The translations under genes were made by a program, and so were the position numbers. The notes beneath the pieces were generated by a model that did no database searches, had not been told where the DNA came from, and saw only the letters and a program-made list of their open reading frames with translations. From Octopus bimaculoides (taxonomy: Eukaryota), in contig NC_068991.1 of assembly GCF_001194135.2 (NCBI RefSeq), positions 76,248,057-76,312,056 of the forward strand: a DNA stretch of 64,000 nt. Reading direction: 5' to 3'. Shown one piece after another: positions 1 through 13,530 of this stretch; the first letter of the stretch is position 1; each line of letters begins with the position of its first letter.

Positions 1-36
1 CATTCGGTTATCAGTAGAAGTAACCTCTATAGCTAT

Positions 37-128
37 CTAGCACCCAAGGTCTCCTCCCTTCTTGTTTTGCTGAATGCTTTTAGCAATCTCTTGCATGCTT
101 TTAGCAATGCCACATGTTAAGATAACTT
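37..128 (-). CDS. Candidate terminal exon, (E)VILTCGIAKSMQEIAKSIQQNKKGGDLGC*; product unknown
   Basis: Acceptor gttaatgttttacag| on the minus strand. Only one frame is open (29 codons, then TAG). It contains a 14-nt duplication (atgcttttagcaat x2). No homology recognised. Confidence 0.2.
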
Positions 129-1736
129 CTGTAAAACATTAACCTCAAATCAAATTCAAAGCCAAATTTTAAAGACGGAAACAACATACCCAAAGTGCGT
201 TTACATTATATTTACGCTGCATTATGGAGTAGAATATTCTAATCGGTAATTTGAATAAAAAGTTCATGTTATATAAATATATTTCAATTCATATACGCAC
301 ATGATTTTCTGCATGTTTGCATATATGTTTACAGACGCATGTTCGTGAAATGCTGTGATTGTTTTATGTGTGCATTATATCCACAAAATACTGTTCACAT
401 GAAGGTTTGATCAGTGATGGGTTGTGCTGCAATGTTATTTGCTTGGACCCCATTGCTGTATTAACTTCCAGCTATGTAACATAATTTATTTTTTCAACAT
501 TGGAATTAATACGATATCTGCATGTTATTTTTAATAAAGTTTAGATTAATAGAGTTTTCATTCGACTCTTTATACCTGAATTTATATATTTGCCTTAGAA
601 AACACGACTTGTGGTGTATATTCATATTATCTTTGCAATATCTAAATAGATAATCGTGTATCACGCCATTAGTCATGCATTACGCCATTTTGAAAAAAAT
701 ATCATTTTGTGGATAGTCTCTATCTCTGTGTGTATTCAGTGAAAGACGATTCGGGGCTTCATAGCTTCAAATCTCTTCATAAACTGGATGAATAATGTTG
801 TTGTATGGGTGAAATATAAATATTTTAACCGTATCAAAGGTTTAAATCTATTTTCTGGCTACGAAGATACTGAAGTTTGCATGGCTCTAAAGCTATCTCC
901 ATGTTACTGAGTAAAATGAATAAATGAATTTATTGTTTAATATACCTTGATTTCCTATTGCGATTGGATATTACATTAGTTCTTCCGGTATTTCTCGACT
1001 TATTTCTAAAAAAGCTAGTTTTGGTCTCGCATTAATCTTAATTTTCCATGTCTTGCGAGCCATTAACTCATTAAACCAGAGATTATCCCAGTTGTTATGG
1101 TCTATAAGCAACCGGGCTCGCATTGTTATTACCTGAACGGGGAGCCACTTCTTCATCGCAGAATTAACCCCTAGCTCTTAATAATACTAGTTCTTAATTG
1201 GATATTTCTCTACTATACGTCTAATGTTATTTCTTTGTATATTCATATTCTAGCTCTTTATATTCTGACTTTAAATCCAGCCAGTCAATGAAATAAATCA
1301 GTGAGTCCATGAAATCGAGTGATTCCTAGTGCTCAAGACTGCCACAATGTTAGCTAAATTAGAAAAATTATTCTGTATATTTGTCGTTAATATTGAATTT
1401 GAAAAACCCTAGAGTCCTACATTAAATGCTTGGTAGTAACCCATGACTAGGGGTAAGCTTCAATTTCAAATCTCACTTAGAGTGACATAATCTTTCATCG
1501 CTGTATAATGTTGGGATAAATTAAGACGTACATGTCAGAATCGACTAAGCTGTCCATACATCGAAGTCTAGATCGCCATGTACTTGTCTAGATGTCAGAA
1601 GTAATCATAACTCTATACAAGTTCGCATAAGTTTCATTTTAGGCTACCTTCAAACTTGTGATTATATTGTGAAAACCCTTCTTACCATATCACATATACG
1701 CGAGACGATCTTGTATACCCCGTTTCACACATGGTT

Positions 1737-2040
1737 GCAGGCGTTGCGGCCTAGTAAGAAGTTTGCTTCCCAGCAACATAGTTCCGGGTTCACTTCCATT
1801 CCATGTGCCTATTCCTATGTATGTGCATATTTACGCGTGTGTCTTTGTGCTTAACTTTGTTCCCACCACCGCTTGGCAACCGCTATTGGTTTGTTTACGA
1901 CTTGGAAAAAGAGTTCGATAGAATAAGTATCCGGCTTTTAAGAATATCTACTGATGGTCGACTAGTTCGACCTAATCCCTTCAAGGCAGTGTCCCAGTAT
2001 GGCCGTACTCTAGTGATTGAAGCAAATAGAATACAAAAAA
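1737..2040 (+). mobile_element. SINE family A, degenerate and internally deleted
   Basis: Head gtaagaagtttgcttcccagcaacatagttccgggttcac and tail gatagaataagta...ggtcgactagttcgac...cagtatggccgt match the copies at 24.6, 26.0 and 16.6 kb. Confidence 0.8.
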
Positions 2041-2457
2041 TGAGATACCACAACTAGGAATTATTATAATATTCAAATATTTGTTAGACACCATACATGA
2101 CAGTAGACAGTCCGAACATACATCGTTTATTGCTTGTGTAAAAAAAAACAAACGTGAATACTTCCTTTTCATCAATATTGATTGAACATCCAACGTTTGT
2201 TATGTATCACTAATTTTCACTATATTACTTTGTGAATTATAAATAAAATTATAACATGGCGTAAATTAAAGAATATAGTTTTTATTGATGTCTATTGAGA
2301 ACTTGTTATGGTTTTGTTTAAGCTGTTTCAATATCCCTTTCAAACTGTTCTACTTATTCATATGTTATGTTATAAATATTTTCTCTAGAGGCTGAAAAAA
2401 AATGAAAATTTGATAATTTGAGATTCTAAAATAAAATCATATACATATCATCGGGGA

Positions 2458-2462
2458 TGATA

Positions 2463-2494
<32 letters not shown>

Positions 2495-2517
2495 TAATAA
2501 TAATAATAATAATAATA
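2458..2517. repeat. (AAT)n microsatellite
   Basis: Directly visible. Confidence 0.95.
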
Positions 2518-2816
2518 GATGATGATTTTGATATATTTGTTGTTTTATTTGCTGAAAGTGTAGGCAGTAAAAAAACTATATGTAATTTAGATATCACGGA
2601 ATTTATCTCCTTTGGGAAAATGAGTGTTTTTTTATTAATATTCTTTGGTTTGAGGTACTAAATGAGTAAATATATGATTACATTAGGAATGTGTGTATGA
2701 ATAATTAAATAAGCAAAAAGATTCCGATGTAATACGCACGCACACGCACACACACACATGTAGGAGATTACGAGATATGTAAGTAGACAGGTAAGTAGAC
2801 ACATATATAGACAGTC

Positions 2817-2922
2817 AGATAGATAGATAGGTAAGTAGGTAGGGAGGTATGCAGGTAGGTAGGTAGGTACGTAGGTAGGTAGGTAGGTATGTAGGTAGAA
2901 AGACAGAAAGAAAGATAGATAC

Positions 2923-2995
<73 letters not shown>

Positions 2996-2999
2996 TAGC

Positions 3000-3064
<65 letters not shown>
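2817..3064. repeat. Compound (AGAT)n/(AGGT)n/(AGAC)n microsatellite
   Basis: Directly visible; source of the LSIY ORFs. Confidence 0.95.
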
Positions 3065-3391
3065 TCAGTAAAATACACGCCATCAAGTAATTTCTCCATT
3101 CAGCGAAGTGTTAAAGTATTATATTTGAAAGAAATATTTTGTATATTTCAGGCAATGAAATTTCTAGTAAATAACAACAAAATGGATATTGCAGGTCATT
3201 ACTACATACATTTATCTGCCACATTTATTTAGAACGCGCGCACAACTGCGTAAGTTAACATCTAACATTATGCAAGTTCGTGCTTTCACAAAATAATATT
3301 TCTTCAAGTACAAAAACTTCTGCCTATTTCAGGTGATAAGTTGTCATAAACCATACCAACATATGATTCTCATTCTTATCCTTTCAATTAA

Positions 3392-3609
3392 CCCATTAGC
3401 GCACGTGGTCCCTTTTGTAGGACCAGAAGGATAACCCATCATATTTCTGCAACACTTGTTTTTTTTCTGAGATATCTTTAGCTAGTCATCAACACTGGAG
3501 TGTCTTAAATATTGTAATAATTTTATATATATATATTTAGTATCAACGAAATTTGTATAAAAAAAGATTTTTGGTAATAAATAAAATAAAATGATTGGGC
3601 ACTAATGGG
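3392..3609. mobile_element. piggyBac-type MITE, 218 bp, TTAA target-site duplication
   Basis: TTAA(3388-3391)-cccattagcgcac ... gggcactaatggg-TTAA(3610-3613): 13-bp TIRs with 2 mismatches and CCC/GGG termini. Confidence 0.75.
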
Positions 3610-5734
3610 TTAAATACGTTTTATCCAGCCCACCCTCTCCGGCGCCCTTCAATTCTCTTCTGCAGTCATCGGGTTGCATCAGCCTCACTAGAATCTTTAA
3701 GATATCGGTCTGGCTTGTCTCGGAGGGCATGGAAATGCGATGACATTGCCGGTGCCTCCACTCTAGAGGAAATAAAAACCTTCTTATGTTATTATGAAAT
3801 ATAGACAGTGAGAAGAGAACAGGTTTATGTATAGAATATTGTGAAAAACTATGCAATTATATGCATTTAAATGTATCAAAAGCAGCAGGAATGGCAGTGT
3901 TAACAGAAAAATGAAAGACATGAGAATTTGTCAAACTGTGAACACGCCATTGTATTTTAATAGCTAACATATTTGCACGCAATGCAAATCATGTGGAATT
4001 GCATTGATTCATACACGCACGCCTTTAGATATGCACGCAAAAACACTCACGCACATGTACACACACACACGGACAATATACATTATATAAACATGCACAT
4101 CTATGTATTTATAAACAAGACAGCGTAAATTTGAACTGAAATAAATAGAATTACTACGAAGCTTCACTGAAAGTTAAACGAAATGGAAATGTGTTTACAA
4201 TGTGATACAGATTCAACTACATGTTGCGTAGCTCCTTTGATTCAAAACGTTTATACTTCTCGTGCTTGTTTCAAAATAATGATTATTGTTCAGCTCGTCA
4301 GTTATCTGATTCTTCCGACAAGATTCACTCTTATACCAATGCTTCGAACATGGACACATAATGTCATAAATGAAGCTAGATGCAAACTTATCCAATATGC
4401 TTACAAAACTTCGTTGTACTAGTTGATTACGAGTCGTTGTCACAATCTACCAACGTCACCTTCTATCCATTCTAAAATAAAATGACAGAATGGATAGAAA
4501 CTGTACTTTACTGTTGTAACTATTGATACAAAATTGTGATGCGAAGAAACTTTTAGGTGTAATTGACTTGGTACACATTTATAAAAACGAGAAAAAGCAC
4601 TCAAGAACTGAACTTCATTGTGTTTCGTCTCATACAACCTGTTTCAAATCCCTTTATATATTTGTACCGTCCATTCATGCAGAGATAGGTGATTATAAAG
4701 GTACTGTGTATTCAATTTAATTGGATTACAAAAGCAATAACGTGTGAAATCTGATATTTATTCTATAGTAGTTTATCGCATACTAAAACAAACTTTATCG
4801 CATAAAACTAAAACATCGCTAGCGCCTTTGCAAATTATCAATCGAAACAGTTATCAACAATGCGTTATTTATGCAAATTTAGCTAATAAAATTTTGTAGA
4901 TGACGTTATATAATAATGATAGACAGGTGTTTAGTCACTGAGCACGTTGCTATCTGTCGTTTACTGGCCACCGACCGTTGATATAAACGACAGTTATTTA
5001 CAACACTCCTGCAAATTTATTAGGTTTAATTTCACGAAGCAGTTTTGGCGTAAATCATTGATTTCATCTATAGTACATTGGAGTATCAAAAAGAATCCTC
5101 TTCCGGATTCAGAATTCATGTATGTATTACAAAGAAAAGATTGACAGAAAGTTCGAAGCTTAGTCACTATCACTTTTATATTTAAGCGATTGATAATGCT
5201 AGAAATAAAAACCCGACCAAACCTTCTGCAATGTAGAAAACATATAGATTATTCTACCCCATATTTGATGTTATTTTACCATACATAAAGTATTTCTAGT
5301 GATGAAAAAGTTGAACTTTTATTCAAATTTTATTTCTCTGCGTCACGCTGTTAACCTTCAATTTAAATAAGAAATCTGAGCAAATGTAAACGGATCTATT
5401 CTTCGAATGGAACATATCTGCAAGAAATAATATACTATTCGAATAAAAGCAAATATGAGCCAACGTATTTTAAATTTCAGCTACATTATGTGGTTGAATG
5501 TTACATTTTTAATTTCACTTCCATTGAATATGAAGCATTCAGAATAATATACCGGTTACTTTAAAAGTTGAAGATAATGGCGATTTTGCTTATTATGCTA
5601 TAAAACTATATACAATCCTTAGGGAATGAAACAGCTGACATTGTATTCAATACTAAAACACTTGTCGTTCTAAAGGGAAATGTGTTCGCTTTTATTTAGT
5701 GTCCTGGTTCAATACTTCGGTCCAATTTTCTTCA

Positions 5735-6000
5735 CAAATTGGAATGGCAAAGAATGCAATTAAAATTAGGAGGAATATTTATCCGTCTAGAGAACACAAA
5801 GATAAACAAGAATAGAAACACATCAATGAGGGAAATGAAGACAGAGTGCCAAGTGATACACAATTACTTCAATATGGCAAACCATCAGTAGGAATGGCTT
5901 ACTTCGTACGATAACCTGTGGAGATGGCAAGAAGTTTCGCAAATTGATTTCCCATGAATTTAATTTCAGTATTGTCAAGTATCTATTATGGCTGCAACGC
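5735..6000 (+). mobile_element. Possible RTE-clade LINE RT relic
   Basis: Broken frames give QIGMAKNA and SIYYGC, resembling RTE RIGMAKNAF...LLYGCE. Confidence 0.3.
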
Positions 6001-6544
6001 GAAATCTGAATATACTGTATGTTAAAATAAACAAAAGTGTGTGTAGATTACACATTTGTTATGTATTTTCTAAATTATTTGATTAGCCGTTCATTAATTT
6101 TCTAGTTAGAATTACAAAGAGACGCTTATTTTATTTTTTACATTTGTGATAAATTACAATAACTATTCATTAAATATTTCCAAAGTGTTCGTTTATCTGT
6201 TCAATAATATTCACGATCGTGAAATAAAATCTTAGCGGGGCGAAAAGCGTTTTAATAAAAGAAAAATCGCTTCAAGCTAGAAAATAAATGTTTTGCAGAC
6301 TGAAAGTTCTTAAATATCGCATGTTGGAATGTTCAGGTGTGGGATGTTATATTACATTCGAAAGGGAAAGTCATGTAAACATTTTGTTTATTTATACGTG
6401 GTGGTGTCGAAATAAGGAAATGTTCTTATGCTTAACATTGACTAATCTTAATGTTTTGCACTATTAGTTCAAGAGTAGACGCAGTGCAGAATACTATTGG
6501 TTTAGTAATTAGATTTAATATCACTCCGATCTATAAATATATAT

Positions 6545-6715
6545 TTATTTATCTTTTATTTGATTCAGTCATTAGACTGCGACAAAATTTGATTTTTTAA
6601 AGGAATCGACCCTAGTACTTGAATTTTTGAAGTCAGGTAACTATTCTATCGGTCACTGTTGCTGAACTGTTATATGACGGAGACGTAAACACAACAACAA
6701 CGGTGTGAGTGACAA
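6545..6715 (-). mobile_element. SINE family A, 3' half
   Basis: ttcagtcattagactgcg...aatcgaccctagtact...tattctatcggtc...gacgtaaacac is the reverse complement of the family A tail. Confidence 0.75.
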
Positions 6716-6938
6716 TCCCCATCATATATATAGTGGTTCCTTTGTTCCGGTTTCATTTTACTGGCGAAAAAGAAGCAAGCTAGAAATATAAATGAAGTTC
6801 ATACAATAATGCTCCATATTTTTTGGCGTTTGCTGAATTTTCTTGAGAACAATATTTTCATAGGTCGTCTTCTAGCATAATGGATGTCCACTTACTGGTC
6901 ATCCCTCTTATATATTTGAATTATATATACAGAGAGAG

Positions 6939-6973
<35 letters not shown>

Positions 6974-7787
6974 NNNNNNNNNNNNNNNNNNNNNNNNNNN
7001 NNNNNNNNNNNNNNNNNNNNNNNNNNNNNNNNNNNNNNNNNNNNNNNNNNNNNNNNNNNNNNNNNNNNNNNNNNNNNNNNNNNNNNNNNNNNNNNNNNNN
7101 NNNNNNNNNNNNNNNNNNNNNNNNNNNNNNNNNNNNNNNNNNNTATATATATATATATATATATATCTGTTGAAGACATTAATTTAATATACCTCTCACA
7201 ATGTTTGAATCAATTACGATATAAATATGCTCACCAATATACATATACATGCACACACATAGACGCACGCACACACACACACACACAGACACACACTTTT
7301 ATATATTCATATGTATTTATATATGCACAGAGAGGGAGAGAGAGTGAGAGTGGTACACACTCATGCATACATATATACACACCTATGCACACATACATCT
7401 AAATAATTTGTGCTTCTAATATGCTTTACACAAATTGTAACCGACGTACAGTGCATACTTTTCCCGCTGCAGTTGATGTAGATAGTTAAGCACTCAAGAG
7501 TTCAGAAGTGATTCGAATGCAATTGGACGTTATTACAACCTTGCTCCCGTTGATCTGTTCGGTTAGAAAATGGAAAACTGATGAAAGTTCGAATAATATT
7601 TGGTGTTTGTCAAACAGGTTATTATTTCGATACAAAATAAAAGCCTAATATCATTAGGTACCATTTCCCATAGCAATTCAATAACCTCTCAGTAAAAATT
7701 GTGAAATTAACAAACAGAGAGGACAGCCTTCATGAGGTTTTGTCCTTGAAAAACGAGGATTATGAATTCGAGAACTTCAGCTCGAAT

Positions 7788-7820
<33 letters not shown>

Positions 7821-8004
7821 TTAATCTCATTATGCGAATCTTTTTGGGATTTGTTAAATTTTGAATTCTGCAATATACAATCTTTTATCATGGCCTTAAA
7901 GGTCAGTGCTTGATTGCATCGTCATCTCTTGGATGTGCTGGAGTAAAATATGTCGTTGGAAAATAACACTTCTGTCTATATAATCATTTACACCATCATA
8001 GTAT

Positions 8005-8190
8005 TGTATGTATTATGTATGTATGTGCATGTGTTTACATGCATGTATGTATGTATACATGCGTGTGTGTGTGCAGCATGTATGTACGTATGTATGCATG
8101 CTTGCATGTATGTATGTGTGTATGTATGTGCGTACGTATGTATGTATGAAAGAATGTATGCATGTATGTATGTGTACATGTATGTATGAA
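8005..8190. repeat. Degenerate (ATGT)n/(GT)n microsatellite
   Basis: Directly visible. Confidence 0.9.
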
Positions 8191-8480
8191 TGTCTGTGTT
8201 TGGGCAGAATGGATGGATGGACGGACGAAATATGGCGTCTCTGTTAGACGATAGGAGGAACTCGATTTTATATTTCGATTTTTAAATAAGTTGTTCATGA
8301 AATTTATCTAGTTTCTGTCGGTGTCATCTGCTAGAAATACTTTAGCTCTATAAATCAATAATATGCCAAGACGCATTTTCTTCTGGGAGGTAAAGGTGGA
8401 ATTACCATTACACAGAAACCAGTAGTCTGATTTTCTCGCGTCTCTGTGATGACAATATGTTAGATATATCTGTTAAAGTC

Positions 8481-8516
8481 TTAATGCATTCCTTACGAAA
8501 GTAAGGAATGCATTAA
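8481..8516. repeat. Perfect 16-bp inverted repeat with GAAA loop
   Basis: ttaatgcattccttac-gaaa-gtaaggaatgcattaa. Confidence 0.95.
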
Positions 8517-8999
8517 TTTGTCTCAAGTTACCGACAATATTAATGATAGACTGTCCAATTCCTGAATAGGATTTACATTTCAATACATGTAAATATTCTC
8601 CTTACCACTAAAAGCTCGAATTAATTTCTATATAAGATTTAAACTAATCGACCATCTGGAATCCTGGAAATCTTAGTCAAAACTTTTATCAAGTGGATAA
8701 ACAATATCTATTTTGATGAAGAATTTCTGGGCCGAATCTTTTATAACTATGATAAAGGCAGATTCTGGTATTAAGACAAAATACATCCCAACCTCCAGCT
8801 CCCTCAATATAAGGCATACAAATAGTGTATGAGAAAATGGTCTCCATCAATGAATCTTGTTTCTAATATAGATATAATTGGAAATGAACTGTGTCTAATT
8901 CCCTATAAAATCTATCTTTCCTCACTATCCAAGTATTTTTTGAAGATAATTGGACTGCTTGCTCACTCCAATATGATTCTCTTCATTTCACTTGCAAAC

Positions 9000-9210
9000 T
9001 GATCCAACCCTTCACCTGTATATGATGCCCAGATCTCACGAAACTCTCTATGTCACTATTGTCCGTGGGACCAGCGGCTTCGCACCAGACAAATCTTCCT
9101 AACGTGTTTTGATGGAGCTTTCTCTGACTCATACTATGATATCTTCGCTGTGCATCACAGTACGGGTTTACTCCAACAATTCGTCTCTTATACATCAATG
9201 GCATATACAC
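9000..9210 (+). mobile_element. CR1/L2/Jockey-type LINE RT relic
   Basis: Frameshifted translation ...FDGAFSD...AVHHSTGL / TPTIRLLYINGI resembles the RT motif DG..S...GVPQGSVLGP.LFLLYIND. Confidence 0.45.
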
Positions 9211-9660
9211 CATCATCCCAAACAGTGCTCAATCCTTAACAGAAAATAATTATTCTACATTTCTCCAACGTTCTCCATACCCAGGCCCCACACGCAAATT
9301 TTCACCCACTCCATGAAAGCCGTCAGCATCATTGCACTACATGAACCCCAAATCATTATTCAACTGCAACCCTCAACATGGCTACAAATGTTATGTCTTT
9401 TAAGATGCTCAGTGTTTCCCTTAGGGAACATATAGCCTCAGCAAAGGCAAAGAGTTTCGCAAAAGCTGGCTCTTAATATTACAGAGAATAAATCATATGA
9501 GTAGCTAACCTTCAACAAACCTCGCCGACATTGATATTTACAAATGAATACACGTTTTACATGTGTGACAAAATTTCTCCTTCATTCATGCACATTGGAG
9601 AAAGCATGTAAATAAAGGCAGCATCATCAACACAACATCCATGTCCCGTTAATGGTCTAT

Positions 9661-9690
9661 GATAAGCATTAATGACTATTAATGCTTATC
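9661..9690. repeat. Perfect 13-bp inverted repeat with 4-nt loop
   Basis: gataagcattaat-gact-attaatgcttatc. Confidence 0.95.
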
Positions 9691-11203
9691 TTGACAATTA
9701 GCGTATACATTCGTGAATGGATTCATAAATGAAGCGAGGCATGGTATTTAGTGGATTCGAACATCAGCGACAAAACAAGTAAGCATACATGCAGCTGTAG
9801 GCATATTAACGCTATCCAAGTTGCTCTTTGAAACATGTTATGCATATTTGCATTCATTATATTAAATACATACTTAGCATGTGTATATACAAGCATGGAT
9901 ATTTCATCCATATATTCCTCACACACATAAATATACATACAAAAGATAGATATATATAGAGAGAGAGGGGGGAGACAGACAGACAGTCAGTTAAAATTGC
10001 GCGACTGATGGTGTGCATTCGTGCTTGTGTGTATATATGTATAATTACATATATATGTATGCCAATGTTTGTTTGCGGGTGTGTGTGTACATGAAAGGTG
10101 TTACAATTTTGAAACATTTCTTGGTTGTTGAAGAATGTATCGATAAACATAATTGTAATTGTTAGATTCAGTTGATTCTGTCACTTTGTCAAAAGTTCCA
10201 TCAGACTGACTCCTGTAGGAGGTTTGATACACAATACGTGTTTGCTGAGCAAGTGTGTAATGATCACAGTATTTTTGACTTCACTAATTGTTAGTTTCAA
10301 TAGGAGGTTACCTTGCAATCAAGTAGATTCTAAACTTCTAAAGACATCTATGTATATTTGATTGATTGAGCTGTCCCGCATGAGAAACATTAAATACTAG
10401 CCCTGGGTAAGTTATGTTACAAATAAACACTGTTATAAAGTATTGAACGATATTTTCGTTTGGTAATGTTTCGACTGTTTCAATCTGAAATCAAATGTAA
10501 TTTTGGAATTAAAAGGAATATATTCGAGTGATAGAATTCCTTTCATCTACAAACAATGCACAGAGAGCCATTTACCAAATAAAGTAGTACTTGTGTGGGG
10601 AAAGTATTAATTTTCTATACGGAAAACATTTAGTTTCTATGTAATTGCCTTCTACATTCTCCAATGACAAACACATAATATTTATTTTTAATATGGAATT
10701 TTATACGGAAATTTGTACATTTCTAATATCGCATTTCGTTTAATTTCTTTTGGTTTCTTTCTTCCTAACCGCATCTTAAGGTGAGGCTCCAGCTTGAGAG
10801 TTCAGGTGTTTTGAAGAGTATTAACTATCTCTATAGTTATCCCTGCTCTTGGTCCCCTCTGAATAGGAGTGGATGACGATTTATAAAGAGTTTCGGATAT
10901 GGTGCTAAATTGCGTAAGATGGACTTTTGGCTATGACACACAGGACTTGGAGAAGGGCTGGCCTGGAGAAATGCTTTAGACATCCCCACCAGTGCCTGGC
11001 TAAGCCTTGATATGACGTGAAATAGTAACAGTACCTAAGGATTACATAAATCTGCCCCCGCACGTGTAAGGACGTCAGGGCATGAGACTGACAGTGAATA
11101 ACGTGTGTGACCGCACAGCATGCAACGGGAAATAATTATTCTTTCTTAAGCGATGTCATAGACATTCAGATAATGGCATGCGATGGCATGGTCTCCAACA
11201 CTT

Positions 11204-11266
<63 letters not shown>
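11204..11266. repeat. (TAG)n microsatellite
   Basis: Directly visible. Confidence 0.95.
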
Positions 11267-11784
11267 TTGGTTGAAAAAAATCAACTGTAGTTTTATCTCC
11301 TTTCAGGCAAATTGTAAGTGAAATTTTCATAAGCGCCCATTTGACTAAATATATAAAACCAGAAAGGATGTCTCCCTTTCCATTAAGTCCAGAATCCATG
11401 TGCATGTAAATGTGCCAGCATATGCAACGATAGTGACAATGTGTTGATTGCTTTGATTTTTAATTTTCAGGCTATATCAAAAGCGNNNNNNNNNNNNNNN
11501 NNNNNNNNNNNNNNNNNNNNNNNNNNNNNNNNNNNNNNNNNNNNNNNNNNNNNNNNNNNNNNNNNNNNNNNNNNNNNNNNNNNNNNNNNNNNNNNNNNNN
11601 NNNNNNNNNNNNNNNNNACGAAGTCATGTTTTTGCCAATAAACTGTAGAAGACTAGAAGACTTTCCATATCCCTAATTTACATGAATTCCTCCAAAATAA
11701 AAACATAAAAAAGTGCTTAATATTTAAATAAGCTTTTTGATGGCCGATAAATATTCGCTTTTTTCATTACCAATTTAATATAAG

Positions 11785-11960
11785 GTACAGTGCCTTGTGG
11801 TATTTACTCTGGCACTTTATGTTCTGAAATCAAATCTTCACGAATTCAACTTTGCTGTTTACCTCCAGGGTCGCTGAAATAATCTCTAAGTCAGAAAGTG
11901 GTTCGATGTAATCGACCAATCCACACATCACGAACTGTTGGGCCTCTACCTGAATGAGAA
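11785..11960 (+). mobile_element. SINE family B, degenerate
   Basis: gttctgaaatcaaatc...aactttgc...gggtcgctgaaataa...tcgatgtaatcgac...gggcctct. Confidence 0.65.
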
Positions 11961-13344
11961 AGAAGTTTTTATTAAAGTAAATACATATTTTTTATTTCGT
12001 ATTAAGTTATATTTTATTGAACGTCCCAATATATCTTATCAGGCTCTTAGCTCATCACTCTTAATTTCAACCACTCCAGAAGCCGAGACACTAGACATAA
12101 GAAGCTTATCATCACCAACTTAGCTCAAGTTAAATGTGGTAGCAAAATCTATGTTTGTCACATTGATTTACCAAAGAGAAATAAAAACGTGTTTGATATG
12201 ATAAATTATACAGAAACAAACGAGAAAAATGTCTGGGAAATTCATCTGCAGGTCTCTTCAGGAAGATTATTAACGTCAGATGTGGTATGATTTACTGGTA
12301 TAATGTCTATCACGATAGTTTTTCCACTAGTGTTTGAAAGGTAGTAATGCACCCCAAAAAAAGGCAAAGAAAAAAAAAGAACTTTAATGTCAAATATAAC
12401 AAACGTTGATATTTATTTATTGATTAATAAAGCAGATAGATTTATCGCCTCGAATTCACAATTATATAAAATATTTCTTAATTATAATATGGTATAAACT
12501 TCATAAATTAGTACTATGAGCACGGCTTTAGGAAAAAATGTGTTACTAAGATCTCATAAATATAATGATTATTCTCAACAATATATGTAATTTCACAATT
12601 GATGTTGCTGATCATTGCACAGATTTTGTTATTGATTGTCGTATTTTTACATTCATACTGATTTAATTAATTTTAAATTGGTGATTTGTGATATAACTTC
12701 TTCTATTTTTTAATGTCCTGTAATTATTTGCACTTTATAAATTCCTTTTACTAATTTTTAAAATTTCATGTGATGGCAGAAATGCCGTGTCCGAGTGTTT
12801 AGTTTTCTTCCTTACATACTCTTAGTTCAAATAACAGATTCAATAATAAAATGCATAATATTATAATCCATACAATACAAATCGCTTCAAGTATGTAACT
12901 GCTACGTATGAGCTAATATATAATATCTAATGTTTCATTTGTTACTAATACAATACACGTCAATTAACTGAGGTCACAGATGGTAAAATTTTAAATGCAA
13001 ATTATTTCAACATATAGAATGCTATCATTAATATCAAATATATCAGGATAACATACAGATATTCCTTAAGCAAATTAACATGACTTTAATTCTATTTTCA
13101 TTTCCAGAAATAGATGTTATATTCAATGCTGTTTAATTCAAGAAATTGCTGAAATTATTTCTCAGAAAAAAAATTATAAGTCATCTTTAAATTTTATTTA
13201 ATTACCATAATTTACTTTAAATTAATTTTTTTCTTTTTTTATATTGTGCAAACTCAGTGTTTACCCTACAAAACAGTTGCACTTATTCAGATTACTTCTT
13301 ATGCAACGATCGCAGTTACATTTCCTTTTCTTCATTAGGACTTC

Positions 13345-13530
13345 CGCTTTGCAAATATGTAGGACACCTATTTCCTCTATCTTTATGTTCTGAGTTCAAA
13401 TTCCTCCGAGGTCGACTTTACCTTTCCTCCTTTTGGTGTCGATAAATTAAGTACCAGTTGCGTACTGGGGTCGATCACATTGACTGACTGGCAACTCCCC
13501 AAAAATGTCGGGGGCCTTGTGCCTAGAGTT
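13345..13530 (+). mobile_element. SINE family B, tail type 2
   Basis: B box gagttcaaattcc, core gaggtcgactttacctttcctccttttggtgtcgataaattaagtaccag, tail gggccttgtgcctagag. Confidence 0.9.

Noticed and set aside
410-475. VMGCAAMLFAWTP resembling GPCR/opsin TM6
   Set aside because: Stops on both sides, no splice sites, and no other GPCR segments nearby.
971-1156. 61-aa protein-like ORF on the minus strand
   Set aside because: No recognisable family. An internal donor exists but the acceptor is poor; this length is expected by chance.
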